This document shows, piece by piece, positions 1 through 13,498 of a stretch of DNA of 64,000 bases. This stretch comes from Octopus vulgaris (lineage: Eukaryota). Made by a program: the position numbers and the translations under genes. The notes beneath the pieces are model-generated. The model was given only the letters and a program-made list of their open reading frames with translations, had not been told where the DNA came from and ran no database searches. The stretch is from the NCBI GenBank assembly GCA_951406725.2, contig OX597820.1:104532001-104596000 (forward strand), in the 5' to 3' direction. Each line of letters begins with the position of its first letter. Position 1 is the stretch's first letter.

Positions 1-61
1 TCAGTCTCAATTAGTGACAATTGAATTTTTCCTTTTTGTCTTTATATTGCATATAGCTGCC

Positions 62-64
<3 letters not shown>

Positions 65-121
<57 letters not shown>
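65..121. repeat. (TA)n microsatellite
   Basis: Perfect AT dinucleotide run. Confidence 0.95.
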
Positions 122-123
<2 letters not shown>

Positions 124-1236
124 CCTCTGTGCCAGTGGCACGTAAAAAGCACCAACCGATCGTGGCCGTTGCCAGCCTTGCCTGGCACGTAAAAAGCACC
201 CACTACACTCACGGAGTGGTTGGCATTAGGAAGGGCATCCAGCTGTAGAAACATTGCCAGATCAGACTGGAGCTTGGTGCAGCCTCCTGGCTTCCCAGAC
301 TCCGGTCAAACCGTCCAACCCATGCTAGCATGGAAAGTGGATGTTAAATTCTTTACTTGAAAAACAAGTAAAGATAGAAGGCTGGAACAGCATCCATCTA
401 TAAAATCCTTTTCGTGTACCCCATGCTAGCAAGGGAAAATTAATTATAAAAGAGCTAATGATATATACCATCCTCATTTAATGTCCCTTTTTACCATGCT
501 TGCATGATGATGATTACTACTTACCGTGGCAGTATTGAGTTTACAATATTAATCTTTGAACTGTAATGCTATCATACAACTTGCTCCATCTAAACATTGA
601 ATATAGAGCTTTACAGTGACTCTGTAATAGTTTGGTCTGCTGGAAATGACAGTGAAATCTACCTCAAATTGTACCCTATTGTCTTTTAGAAAACAGAAGA
701 ACACTTTGGATAGTGAAAGCTGAAATATAACATGCTTAATGGGAAAAAAAAAAGAATGAGATAGTCACAGCTCCAACGTTTGTTCAACCAGGCCCAATGT
801 GGCAGTAAAGAACAACATGAAACACAATGCTTGTTTATGTTGTACAGTTGGAGATTCCAGCAGCAGTTGCCAAGTTGCACTCTTATTCATACAGTTCAAT
901 ATTAATATGCTGTAATGCCATAGGTAAATCCTCCACTCACTACTAATAAACAATCTCTGTTGAATCAATTACATCAGAACTGATATTCGTCCCAGCTGGA
1001 CTGTGCTCAATTTATTTTACTGCAAAATTTCAAGTGATGGTCATGGTGGCTGTTTGTTTCATTGTAATTAACATAAAATAACCTGGTATTTCTTTCCTTG
1101 ATACAATTGTGGTAGGAATTTTAAACTTTATTTATATATATTTATTTGTCATTAGCTAGCTATGAAGTTAATTAATTTCTTAGAGAAGGTAATCACCTAG
1201 TTTCACACAATACCAACTGGTCTTTAAGAGATTTAA

Positions 1237-1453
1237 CCCTTTAGCACTTAAACTGGCCATATCCGGTTCCAAATATTCTACTTGTTTTATGCTCAACCTG
1301 ACTAGATCCAGTCTTTCACACCTACCCTACAATGTCAGTCTAAAAATAAACACTCACATCATTGAAATCTTAAAGCTTTGAGAGAATGCATGAATAATTC
1401 AAAACAATGTGAATAAGCATTACATTTGATAGAGTAATCTGAATGTTTAAGGG
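1237..1453. mobile_element. piggyBac-type MITE
   Basis: TTAA-CCCTTTAGCA...TGTTTAAGGG-TTAA; second copy at 1821-2011. Confidence 0.75.
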
Positions 1454-1512
1454 TTAAGCTGATTTTATTCTGTGCAAGCATTTGAACCCGACCTTTGCTT
1501 TCTCCCTATTCA

Positions 1513-1805
1513 TGTTGTTTGTTCCTTCTTGAACCATGCCTGGCTCATAAGGGCCGGTTTCCTTGGCGTATTGGTTTCCCACCTGGATGGGACACTGGTC
1601 CATTGCAGGTGAGCCGCAAGATGCAGGAGGAAAGAGTGAGAGAAAGTTGTGGCAAAAGGGTCAGCAGAAGTTCACCATTACCTTCTGCCGGAGCTACATG
1701 GAGCTTAGGTGTTTCACTCATAAACACACAATGCCCAGTCTGAGATTCAAACCTGCAATCCCTCGACTGCGAGTCCGCTGCTCTAACCACTAGGCCATGT
1801 GCCTC
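1513..1805 (-). mobile_element. tRNA-derived SINE with 9 bp target-site duplication
   Basis: Minus-strand head tggcctagtggttagagcagcggactcgcagtc...ggtttgaatc (A/B boxes); ccctattca at 1504-1512 and 1806-1814; related head at 44094-44390 (+). Confidence 0.8.
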
Positions 1806-1820
1806 CCCTATTCACATTAA

Positions 1821-2011
1821 CCCTTTAGTATTTAAACTGACCCAGGTGTTCTACTTGTTTTATGTTCAAACTGGCCAGGTCTGGTCTCTCATACCTATCC
1901 CACAATGTCATTGTTAAAAATAGTCACATCATCATCAAAATATTGAAGCTACAAGATAATGCATGAATGTGAATAAATAATACATTTGACAGTAATCTGA
2001 GTGATAAAGGG
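1821..2011. mobile_element. piggyBac-type MITE, second copy
   Basis: TTAA-CCCTTTAGTA...GATAAAGGG-TTAA; internal similarity to 1237-1453. Confidence 0.75.
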
Positions 2012-5000
2012 TTAACTTGGGGATGCTCAAGCCAGGCATCAACCATATCGGTCTCAAGAGCCTGGGAAAGCCTGAAAATGTTAAGAGCACTGACTATTCC
2101 TTGTGTGAAAATATCTAATATTCAGGCTTTGTTTAAGCAACCATTAGTGACATCAGTGAAGTATCCCCACCACCCCTGAATGTGATGGGAAATTTAAACT
2201 ATTGCAGAAATCCATTTACAAGGAGTTGTATCTAACCAATATCAGCAAAGGAAAACCTGATCAGCATAATTACAATTTCTATCTAATTCACTATATGAAC
2301 TTTGTTCATCAGTAATGTAGGTTATTATCTATTGAGAGAAAAAAAATGTGTTATCATGTTTTGTTTTTATAACGCTGGGTAATGCGCACTAAAGTGGGTT
2401 ACTATAACACAGTTATATAAAACAAAATACAAGCTTTCCCTAGATAATATTCTATATTACTGATGAACATGAATGAACTAACAGATTAGAAACAAATTGT
2501 AATCATCATCATTATCTTTCTATGATGGTATTTATTAAATATGCTGTATTGTAGGTTGTGTTTGTTGTTGTTACCATTATAGAATGGTATTGAAATGAGA
2601 TACATTTCCAGAAGATTCTACTTTCTAAGAAAACCGCTTTTGAAAATGCTGGGAAGTAATTATTATTAAAAATATTTTTCATCCATCTATTGCTGATGCT
2701 GTAATAAGTATTGTGGTACACTGGAGCTTATCCAAGTTTTCCTGTTGGCCACTTTTTGGGAGACTGACTCTCACTTCTTCCACCTGATGTTAGTTTACCT
2801 CAGGTTTTGTTTAAGGAATTTAAGCTTAGAACAACTACATGCACTGGTCAGTTGAGACAGTGGAACATTCTCTCGTGTTATATTTCTTTTATGTTGTGTC
2901 ATTTAAAAAAAACATTTGCAGTTCCTACTCACCATTTCTCCTTTCTCCTACTAAATGTGAGTAGCCATGCAGATCCTCTCCAAGAAGCTGCTCTTCTCCC
3001 ACCTCCTTTTCACACAGTTTAACCCCTCATCCCCTTGCATGAAGCTGACCCCCACACACACACACACACACCTCTTCTAGGGTTCGTTGTCCTGCAAGCT
3101 GCATGGCAACTGCAATTGTGTAGGTGGCATGAAAAGAAGCTCCCAGTACACATTGTTAAGTGAATAGCATTAGGAAGGGCACCAAGCTGTAGAAGCCATG
3201 CCAAAGCCGACATTGGAGCACAATGCAGTCCTGTGATTCATTGGATTCTGTCAAACTGTTCACCCCATGCTAGCATGGAATGTGGATGTTTGATAATGTT
3301 GGCAGTGGGCTGGCAGAAACATTAGCACGCTGGGCGAAATGCCTAGCGGTATTTCGTCTACCGCTACATTCTGAGTTCAAATTCTGCCGAGGTCGACTTT
3401 GCCTTTCATCCTTTCGGAGTCAATTAAATAAGTACCAGTAAATCACTCGGGTCAATATAATCGACTTAATCCCCTTATTTGTCCCCTCTATGTTTAGCCC
3501 CCTGTGGGCAATAAAGAAATAAATAAATGTTGATGGTAATGATATCACTTCATCTAGCCTAAATTTAATTAAAGGAATCCTTAAATGTGAATAGGCAGAC
3601 AATATTGCCAGAAATGTACAAGTGAATCCAAAGACACAGTCTTTGGAAGTGCAGCTGTGCTAATAATAAGCAGCTGAAGTTAGAAAAGCTCATCATTATA
3701 TCTGCTTCAAACTTCCTCCTCATAGTACTTATTTACATCTCAGTAGAGAGAATGGATGCAAAATGAGTGCCTTAGCTTTGGACATGGAACAAGAAGCAAG
3801 TTAGTTTAATTAACTTGTGACTGTCTTCGTTATGATAATAGTTGAAACAAACAGCTGATGGATATTTTTATCTCTAAAACCTTTTAATTATCCTGCATGG
3901 AATTTTAGATTCCTTATATAATTAATGAAATGTCATCTTAATGCATCTTGTTTATTTTGGCACCTCATAGATCAAGTCTTGACACACTCACTCTCTCCCT
4001 CTCTCACTTTGTCACTGACTTTCCTAATTGTTCTCTAAGATCTAGTTCTTCTTGGTTATCTCCTTATCTTGCTGCGTATCTTCTGTGGTCAGTCTCAGCT
4101 TAGTTAACCATCATCATCATCATAATCACCATCATAGATTATCATTTAATCATAAATTTATCATTAACAGTCTCCTATATATGCTTTCTTTCTTTATGAC
4201 CATATTGTAGTCACTGCCTCATGCTATGATATTCATCATCATCGTTTAACGTCCGTTTTCCATGCTGGCATGGGTTGGATGGTGCAACTGGGGTTTGGGA
4301 AGCCAGAAGGCTGCGCCAGGCCCAGTCTGATCTGACAGTGTTTTTACGTTTGGATGCCCTTCATAATGCCAACCACTCTGTGTGTGTAGTGGGTGCTTTT
4401 TACGTGCCACCTGCACAGGTGCCAGACGAGGCTGGCAAACGGCCACGATCGGATGGTGCTTTTTACGTGTCACTATCCCTTCCTTTGACTGTAATGATAC
4501 CTTATAGAATAACACTTCTCTTAAATTTGATGATATCCTTCAGCAAAGTCTTCAGTGTGAGTATGTGGTTTGTGGGGTCAACCACGTCCTCCACTTCATT
4601 TTTTGTAAATCACTCATTCTCATTTAATTGTATATATTTTAATTGTTTGTTTATTCATACGTTTTGTCTCATTCGATACCCTGACCCCCATATTTGTTTT
4701 GTCTGTCCTCATATCATCCCCTCTTTTTCTCAACCTTATGGTGCATAAAGAAATTCTCTTTCTGTGTATTTTTGCTATCATAGACAATTACCTTTTCCAT
4801 TCTATATTGAAACAAATAATCAAAGAAGGATCAATTATATATTGCACTGACTGGAGCCTTCCTTGATTATATGTTTTAATATAATACAGTGTCTCTTTAT
4901 TTGAATATCATGTGATGATATTGTATTTATTGCTCTTCAGGCCTAAACTAAGCACTGAGATAGTGTTCTCTATACCATGGCCAGCAGTAAAGAAATTGTG

Positions 5001-5679
5001 CAGTTCCATTTACATGAACTTTTATTTATATCATATCACTAGACTTTGTAGGCTTTTTAAAGCATGTTGAAAACATAGACTGTGCAGAATTTTGGTACAG
5101 TTCAAACTAATCCATAATCTACCAGCCAAACTAGAGACGGTTCTTGTGTGTGAAATAGTGTTCCATCACCAGAAGATTATCACAGCAAAACATGAGTTAG
5201 AACTTCAAGATTTGCTGTTCTGAATTACACTCCTACAGTTAGTTCCAGTGTATCTATGGCGGAGACTGAACACTAAGCATATAAAATATCACCAAGATGC
5301 AGGAAGAGTACAAGACCTAATTTGTAAAATATGAGGGTCAGGAAAAAAAATATATATGTATGTGTGTGTCTGTGTTTGTCCCCCCAATATCATTTGACAA
5401 CCGATGCTGGTGTGTTTACATCCCCGTAACTTAGCGATTCGGCAAAAGAGACCGATAGAATAAGTACTAGGCTTGCAAAGATTAAGTCCTGGTGTCCATT
5501 TTCTCGACTAAAGACAGTGCTCCAGCATGGCCGCAGTCAAATGACTGAAACAAGTAAAAGAGTAAGTCTTTTTTGTTTACAAACATTACAAGAAGCTTGA
5601 ACATGCTTTCATGGTGACCTGCAACAATTCTGTCTGTATAAACAATGTAGCTTAAAATTATGACAAATTATGATTCAAT

Positions 5680-5890
5680 CAATTTCTATATAGAGCTGAA
5701 ACCAGGACTAAAAAGGAACCTCAAGATTGATTTGTTGATTCATACATCAGGCATCTTGTATGGGCTCAACACCTTTCATTGTATGAGTACAAGACCAAAA
5801 GGGAGATTTATGGACATATTCCATCCATCTCAACTATTATTGTTCAGTGCAGAGTAGGCTTTGTTGGCCACAGCTATTGTGCTGAACATG
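5680..5890 (+). mobile_element. Old RTE LINE fragment related to the 54290-54790 element
   Basis: FLYRAETRT...AQHLSLYEYKTKREIYGHIPSISTIIVQCRVGFVGHSYCAE aligns with YGSETWT...[41 protein letters not shown]. Confidence 0.7.
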
Positions 5891-6402
5891 TCACATGTTT
5901 TATTATGATGACTGGCGTCCGTGCTGGCAGGGTGCAAAGAGCACCATACGAGTGTGATCATTGACAGAGCGGCTAACCGGCTTCCGTGCCAGTGGCATTT
6001 AAAGAGCACCATTCAAGCGTGATTGTTACCAGTGTCGCCTTACTGGCACTTGTGCCCGTGCTAGTCACATGTTTTATTATGATGACTGGCGTCCGTGCTG
6101 GCAGGGTGTCAAGAGCACCATCCAAGTGTGATCATTGCCAGAGCAGCCAACTGGCTTCCATGCCAGTGGCACGTAAAAGGGCACTATTCGAGCGTGATCT
6201 TTATCAAAGTCACCTTACTGGCACCTGTGCTGGTTGCATGTAAAAAGCACCCACTACACTTTTGGAGTGGTTGGCGTTAGGAAGGGCATCCAGCTGTAGA
6301 AACTCTGCCAAATCAAGATTGGAGCCTGGTGCAACCATCTGGTTCACCAGCCCTCAGTCAAAATCGTCCAACCCATGCTAGCATGGAAAGCGGACGTTAA
6401 AC

Positions 6403-6433
<31 letters not shown>

Positions 6434-7110
6434 ACCTCCACACCCTACTAGAAGTTGAAGATCTCTCAACTACATTGCTATTATCAGAAAGCACACAAAC
6501 TGAAAGAGTAGAGTGGCTGACAAAAGGCTTTACTGTATTCAGTTAGTTTCTTTTACATACTCAGTTCAAATCCCACCAGCTTTAACTTTGCCTTTGGTGA
6601 AATGCAGGGGTTGATATGATTAGCCATTCTCTTCCATCAAATGCGTGACCTTACGTTAATAAACTAGCGTTCATATGTATACTACTGTTAGTACTGGTCA
6701 GTAAACTGTCCAATGTTGACTGCATGGTTTAAGCTGAGTCTCTCTTACTTTGCTTCTCTGCCATTTTATATCTACTCTGCTGTCTGTCTGTCTCTCCTTA
6801 CTGTTACTCCTATTCTTATGATGGTGGTATCTTGTCATATTATATAATCTTTTCTCCACAACTTTCTTCCTTTCTCTCTTTCTCCGTAGGAAAACATTCT
6901 TGTTGTTTGACCTCTTTCTATTGGAGCTATCAATCAACTGAGCAGAGATAACTTTTAATCTTGGCTCTTGTGGCTGTGATTGTTGTTGGTATAATTGTGT
7001 CTGTCTGTGTGCTTATTTTTCTTACAACTAAATTTCTCGGCTGTCTTTAAGTCTAGTTTCTCTATTTAACCTAGATATTGTGCAATATTTTATTAACATG
7101 TTTGACACCA

Positions 7111-7148
<38 letters not shown>

Positions 7149-9052
7149 TTGATGGGGGAGAGGCACTTTAGCTCTGTTCAGTTTGTCAAATTTCTGCTGT
7201 TTTTTTACTATATTATAAACACAGTGGTATAGCTCTGATTTCTTGATGTCCCTCACCCACCCATGGAATTGGAAGTTGTGTGATCACATATGGAATCTTT
7301 TTATTTATATTGTTGCATGTCATCTTAATGATGATAGCCTAAATCTTAGGGCAACATACTGTGTTTAGGAAGCTCCACACAGACTTACTCAGCTGATAGT
7401 ATTTTGTATTCACAAAGTTTGACATGCTTTGACATGGTACATATTTTGGAAAGACAAAATATGCCACTGGCCTCTATTTTGAATTACAAAAATAAGGACT
7501 GCAGAACCTTTTCATATTGGAGGTACTTTGTGAAAGACAACATTTCATAAGTTAATGATGTTCTGACCAGATGCAGTATTAGATTTAAAGAAATTGATGA
7601 CCTTTCTACTGATAAAGACCATTAGTGAAAGTTGATAAGCCAGTGTTGAATACATAACATCACATGTTTATTGGAGTTTATTGAAGAAGGTACTATAGGC
7701 AGAGGATCAAAGCTATGTATAGTAACTTGTTCAAGTAATCATAACACCAACTGTGGTCAGTAGATGAGACCAAGGGGAAAATATCCTCAAGTTACAGCAA
7801 AGTCTATTAAGAGAGAATTCATTACTTTATTATTTGTTTAATGGTTGTTTATGATTCTCATTATCATCTTAAGCAGAGCTGGCAGAATCATTAGAAATTT
7901 GATAAAAGTTAAACTATAATTATTCATAGTGCATGTATGCCATTTTCTGATATTACCCATGATAGCACAAATATACTCCTAGAGTTAGCCATCATGTGAT
8001 AAGTAGCACTATAGTTCTGTTCACTATTTAGTTACAACCTTCTCTAGTCTCTTTATCTCCTCTTATTTTTTAGATCTGTTTCTCCATGGAGTCATTAGTT
8101 AAAACAGTCTTCCATACATCATATCACCAACCATTTTCAGATTTCAGTATCTTTACCATAAGCAAGGCAGCACGCTGGCAGAATTGTCAGTATGCAGGAC
8201 AAAATGCTTAGAGATATTTTCTCCATCTTTACATTCTGTGTTCAAATTCTACTGAGATCAACTTTGCCTGTCATCCTTTTGGGGTTGATAAGATATGTAC
8301 CAGTTGAGCACTGGGATCTACATAATTGACTTATACCATTCCCACCCCTGAACTTCTGGCCTTGTGCCAAAACCTGAAGCCAATATCTCTACTGTAAGGT
8401 CCTGTATCATGAAATCTAACCATGTCACTTCTTCCCTTGTTTCCCTTAGTTTACATCTTCCACTATGGATACACTATGGCTTTCTTTCACTTAGTACTCA
8501 TTGTCTGTTCATTTAACTTCTTCGTACCAATACTTATCCATCTCTGTGTATATCATCTAATATCTTTAATATTCACCCTCACCTTTCAGTTCGCTTGTCC
8601 TTTTATCTAGATAGTGTTTTACATATAATAATATGACTCATTTCTCTCCAAGATCACCATCTTTTAGCATCCACCTATTCTTGTGTGGTAGGTAGATAGT
8701 TTGGATGGTTTGACAGAATTGGCTCCAGTGTCAGCTTTGGCATAGTTTCTATGGTTGGATACCCTTCCTACTGCCATCTACTTAACAGAGTATATGAATA
8801 GGTTTTTTTTTTTGTGACACCAGTACCTCACTATTCAGTAGCATCACATTTTATACCAATGATTGGTTATTGTAAAAAGAATTCCAAATATCATTACTTC
8901 AGTCTTGCTTTAGGTGACCAGCTGCCTTGATACTTCTCCATCATGAACATTACACTTTCAAGTCCTTAGATTCTTGGTGCTGGTTACCTGGTTTCCATGG
9001 TGAATAAGTAGCTAAGATCAGTCATAACATTCACTCCTGAAAGAGATGCCTG

Positions 9053-9211
9053 TGTAGCAATATTGAGCTGTACACTCTGGCGCGAAATAAGTCGAGAGAC
9101 AGACTGCGCCAGCTGCCAACCAATCAGATCAGTGGATACAACAGGGTCAAACTAGCCAAAGATGGATGTAATATCAAATGAGATCATTCAAACAGTGAGG
9201 ATATCGCTATA
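9053..9211. mobile_element. Probable short solo LTR (Gypsy-like/TRIM) inserted in a SINE
   Basis: Inverted ends TGTAGCAATAT...ATATCGCTATA (TG...CA with one change), 4 bp TSD cctg on both sides, 159 bp. Confidence 0.5.
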
Positions 9212-10834
9212 CCTGTCTGTTGCAGAGTCAGTCATTTTCAGCTAAGTGAACTGGAGCAATATGAAATAAGGTGTTTTGCTCAAGAACACAATGCACTGCC
9301 TGCTCCAGGAATTGAAACCACTATCTTGCAACCATGTGTGTGGTTGCCTAATCATTAGGCCACATGACTTCACTGTCTCTCACGATAGTATATGTAGCAG
9401 ATGAAATATCACCACTGAAGATTCAGACTTCCCTCTAAATTTTTTTTATTCAAATTTTGTTGGAGTTTTAACTCTACTTCTACACAATCCAATGATGGAT
9501 ACTGTATGTAGCTGTTTTACTTACTAGAAATAACAGCCTCAAAACCACTCCACCATCTAGAAGAAAAAGAAGACAGACAAGTCTGTATCAAATTGAATCA
9601 TGTTGTTCTAAATACATTGTATGAATAAGAAACAGCATTGGTAACGATGGGGTGCTTTTGGTGATAAGTCGAGTGAACAAGAACAATTCTGGGGCAAAAT
9701 ATTACAACAACAATTTTGAGTGAGCTTAGTGGAGAAGAAATTGAGTGCATTTCTGACAAGATTGCTTAAGTCTCCATTACCATCTCCTGAGAAGTAAAGC
9801 TGAAATAAAATCCCAGTGTGTGTGTGTGTGCATAGGTTTGTATGTATATATGTGTTTGTGTTATATGTATGTTTACTCTGCACCAACTGTTATACACTGC
9901 TTCTTATAGCAACTACCCCCACTTAGAAACTTTAACATTTGCAATATTTTTTCTTTACTACTCGTTTTTGTAAGAAAAGCATATCTTTTTTATTATTTTG
10001 TTTTATGGTGTGGTGGTAGTGGGCTGTTTCTGGCTTTCATAAATTTTATTTATTTATGCATGTGTGTACATGTTGATGTGTGTATGTGTGTGTGTAATAT
10101 AAAAGTGGGTATTTCTATATAACTTTTATTATTTTTTTTATGTTCTGCCTATTTGAAACTTCTCTTGCAGTTGTGTTTGATTCAACCAAATCATTAGATA
10201 CTTTTACACTGAACTGTCACATTTTTTGCCTTGTGAAACATGAACACCAAAACATGCTTACTCTAGTAAAATAACTCCCTAACAGTCTTTAAGAAAGTTT
10301 TTACCATTCCTTTTCCAGGAGAAAGAATATACTCATGTAGCTACTACTACACTGGCAGCTAACTAATCTAACAACTAGATTTGTCTCCTTTACTAACGTT
10401 CCATTTTGATGGGGAGTATTGTGTGATGTGAAGCAGAGGGACTGCTAGATTATAATAAGATTAATCGGATTAATTTCTTTGATTTGTCATCTGATTAGTG
10501 AGCCTTAAAGGGATTATAAATATTGCCTTAAGTTATTCAGTTATTTACATACAAAATTTTTCAAAAATGACAAACATAAATACAGATGCAGGCGTGGCTT
10601 TCAGATAAGAAGCTTGCTTCCCAACCACATGATTCTGAGTTCAGTCCCACTGCGTGGCACCTTGGGTAATTGTCTTCTACCACAGCCTCAGGCCAACCAA
10701 ACTCTTGTGGGTGGATTTGTTAGATGGAAACCAAAAGAAACCCATTGTCTATATATATACATATATATTGCGTATGTATCGTTGGCGATTTTCTTTCTCC
10801 GTCTTCCCTTCCTTGGACCTTTCCTTTTTCTATG

Positions 10835-10866
10835 TTTCTGATGAAGAGCTCCACTCGAAACATTAA
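10835..10866 (+). ncRNA. Degenerate minimal hammerhead motif in a PLE-type repeat (~10768-10965)
   Basis: ttt-CTGATGA-a-gag(ctcca)ctc-GAAAC-att-aaa; probable CpG decay of GAAACGTT. Confidence 0.6.
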
Positions 10867-10963
10867 ATCCTCCTTTCTTTTCTTTCCTGAGTGTCCAATA
10901 ACACTATACTTGTTCCACGTCCTTGCGTTGTTGTGTTTTCTCTTTGTTCATGTTTGGATTAAC

Positions 10964-10995
<32 letters not shown>

Positions 10996-11989
10996 TGTAT
11001 GTATGTATGTATGTGTGTGTGTGTGTGTCAGTGCTTGTCCCCCACCACTGCTCGATAACTAGTGCTGGGGTGTTTACATCCCTGTAACTTAGTGATTTGG
11101 CAAAATAGATTGACAGAATAGGTATTAGGCTTTAAAAAATAAGCCAATCTCTTTGACTAAAACCCATGAAGGCAGTGCTCCAGCAAGGCTGCAGTCTAAT
11201 AACTGAAACAAGTAAAAAATAAAAGATAGCTATGTTCAACCCATCCCAGTATGGAACGTGGGTGTTAAATGATGATGATGAAATATTTTCATTAACAAAA
11301 TAACAAAATCTCAGACTTAATCTTTACTATATAGTGAAACCATGAATCACCTTTTAAACATTTAAATTTTTATTTTTAGTTTAATTTTTATTTTAAGAAA
11401 TCATCATTATTTTGTTAATTTTATCAAATTGCTATTTATAAACCATTTCTTCTCAAAATTTAGTTTTTCTTTTTTATATTTTATATCATCTCAGTTCTAA
11501 GAGCAAAAAGCTGTCAGAAATATTAGAACATCCTACTAAAAGCTCACAGCATTGGTTGCTACTTTATCTGACTTTGTGATCAAACACTAGAGATCAAACA
11601 AAGTATTTACTGGTACACACTGCACAGAAAGTTTAAAATTACTGACATCTTCTGCATTGAAAGTGTTAAAAAAATATAGAAAACCATTGCAATTTTTCAA
11701 GCACATTATTTACATTATTTACTATTGACAGCTTGTTTGTTGTTAACACAACATTTTGGCTGATACACCCTTCAGCCTTCATCAGGTGTCTTGGGGAAAT
11801 TTTGAACCTGGGTTCTCATTCCTAAGGTATTTTTTCGATGTTGTTGTTGTTATTATTATTATTATTCAGGTCACTGCCTGAAATCGAACTCAGAATCTTG
11901 GGGTTAGTAGTCCGCACTCTTAACCACTATGCCATATGCCCGTGGGCAGTTGTAGAGGTTCAGCATGACATCCACTGAGCCACTTCCTT

Positions 11990-13200
11990 GTGGATATAAT
12001 CAGTCCATTAGCAGGAAAGTCAACATCATACGTGAAGAATTCCACCTACTTCACAGAATTGATCAAGGATACCCCCATTGAATCCAACCAGATGGTGTGT
12101 CTAGATGTGATAATCCTGTTCACCAAAGTCCCAACTGGTGAAGCACTATCGGTTATTCAAGGAAAACTAGTGACAGACACCCATCTAAAAGAACGCACTA
12201 GTATACCAATAAGTAACTTGATGGAAATGTTGACTTTCTGTGTAGAAAGTACCTACTTCAGTATGGACACTGATATATATCGACAAGAAGAGGGTTTAGC
12301 TATGGGTTCACCATTGTCACCGATAATAGCCAAAATATACATTGAGAATTTGGCTTTAAGGTCAACACCACTAAAACCAACCCTATGGCTGCAATATGTT
12401 GATGACACCTTCATTCTCTGGTCCCACCAGAAAGATGTCCAAGTGCTGTTAGATCATGTGAACTCAATAAAGCCACCCATGCAGTTCACAATGGAAAAGG
12501 AAAAAGACAATCAGCTAGCTTTCCTGGACGTATTAATAACATGCACCAAGTATGGATTCAGATCCGTATACTGCAAGCTGACCTTCACTGGATGATACCT
12601 CAACTTCAACTCCCACCATCCATACAGTGTAAAAAGAAGGATTGCTCAGTTCCTAAAACATCGAGCAATGAATATAAGTAGCGATCGTGATACCCACCCC
12701 AAAGAAATGATCAAGCTCAGTAACAATCTATTAAGCAACAACTACCCCAAAAACATACTCTCCACTCCAATTATGTAGAGAGGATGAAACCGATAAACTG
12801 TCCACAATCTGTCTACCCTATGTGAAAGGCCTCTCCGAAAAGATACAAAAGATATGCGGCCCATATGACATCAGGACAGTATTCAAGAGTAATACGACAC
12901 TTCGCAAATATCTCTTTCCAGTAAAACCACCAATAGAAGAGAATATGACTATGAACTGCATGTACTCCATCCCATGTAATTGTGGTAGGTTATACAAAGG
13001 CAAAAGATGCCACCCCTTCAAAATAAGGGTAGAGCAGCATCGCAAAGCTGTGACATGGGGAGATATTGATAAATTGGATGTAGCTGATCATGTATGAAAA
13101 AATGGAGACCATCTCCCCCAGTGGGATGAAGTTAAAATAATAGACAGAGAACACCACTGGAAAATACAAAAACTAAAAAAGCAGCACATATGCTAGGACA
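11990..13200 (+). pseudogene. PLE reverse transcriptase / GIY-YIG endonuclease, interrupted by stops and frameshifts
   Basis: ORFs 11990..12595 and 12822..13097; homologous sequence continues past in-frame stops at 12593 and 13095. Confidence 0.88.
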
Positions 13201-13454
13201 CAACAACCTCCTAAGCAGATATGAACAGCATATGGGGTACCGGTATTAAGGAAGGATAGGAGAATATTAGATTTATAAGCCCTAAAATTCACCCCATAAT
13301 TGTCCACGGGCATATTTCATAGTGGTTAAGAGCGCGGGCTACTAACCCCAAGATTCCAAGTTTGATTCCAGGCAGTGACCTGAATAATAATTACAATAAC
13401 ACCAACAACAACAAAACCTTAGGAATGAGAACCCAGGTTTGAAATTTCCCCAAT

Positions 13455-13498
13455 ACACCTGATGAAGGCTGGAGGGTATATCAGCCGAAACATTGTGT
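13455..13498 (+). ncRNA. Minimal type I hammerhead ribozyme motif in PLE pseudo-LTR (mirror copy at 11746-11789, - strand)
   Basis: acac-CTGATGA-a-ggctg(gagggtatat)cagcc-GAAA-c-att-gtgt. The two copies together reconstruct GAAACGTT, with a palindromic ACGT stem III. Confidence 0.75.

Noticed and set aside
4275-4748. 157 aa ORF and the many similar ORFs ([12 protein letters not shown]..., [12 protein letters not shown])
   Set aside because: Translations of SINE families and microsatellites; no splice context or protein homology.
5910-6250. Regularly spaced ~60 bp repeats resembling a CRISPR array
   Set aside because: Eukaryotic DNA; units are homologous along their whole length (no unique spacers) and belong to SINE family B; no cas genes.
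7380-7600. Possible Gypsy RNase H fossil (VFVFTKFDML*HGTYF...)
   Set aside because: Needs several frame changes and the similarity is too weak to support by eye.
13308-13380. Functional tRNA gene
   Set aside because: Degenerate stems, unusual ACT anticodon, no T-run terminator, duplicated as part of the PLE pseudo-LTR; treated as a tRNA-derived module.
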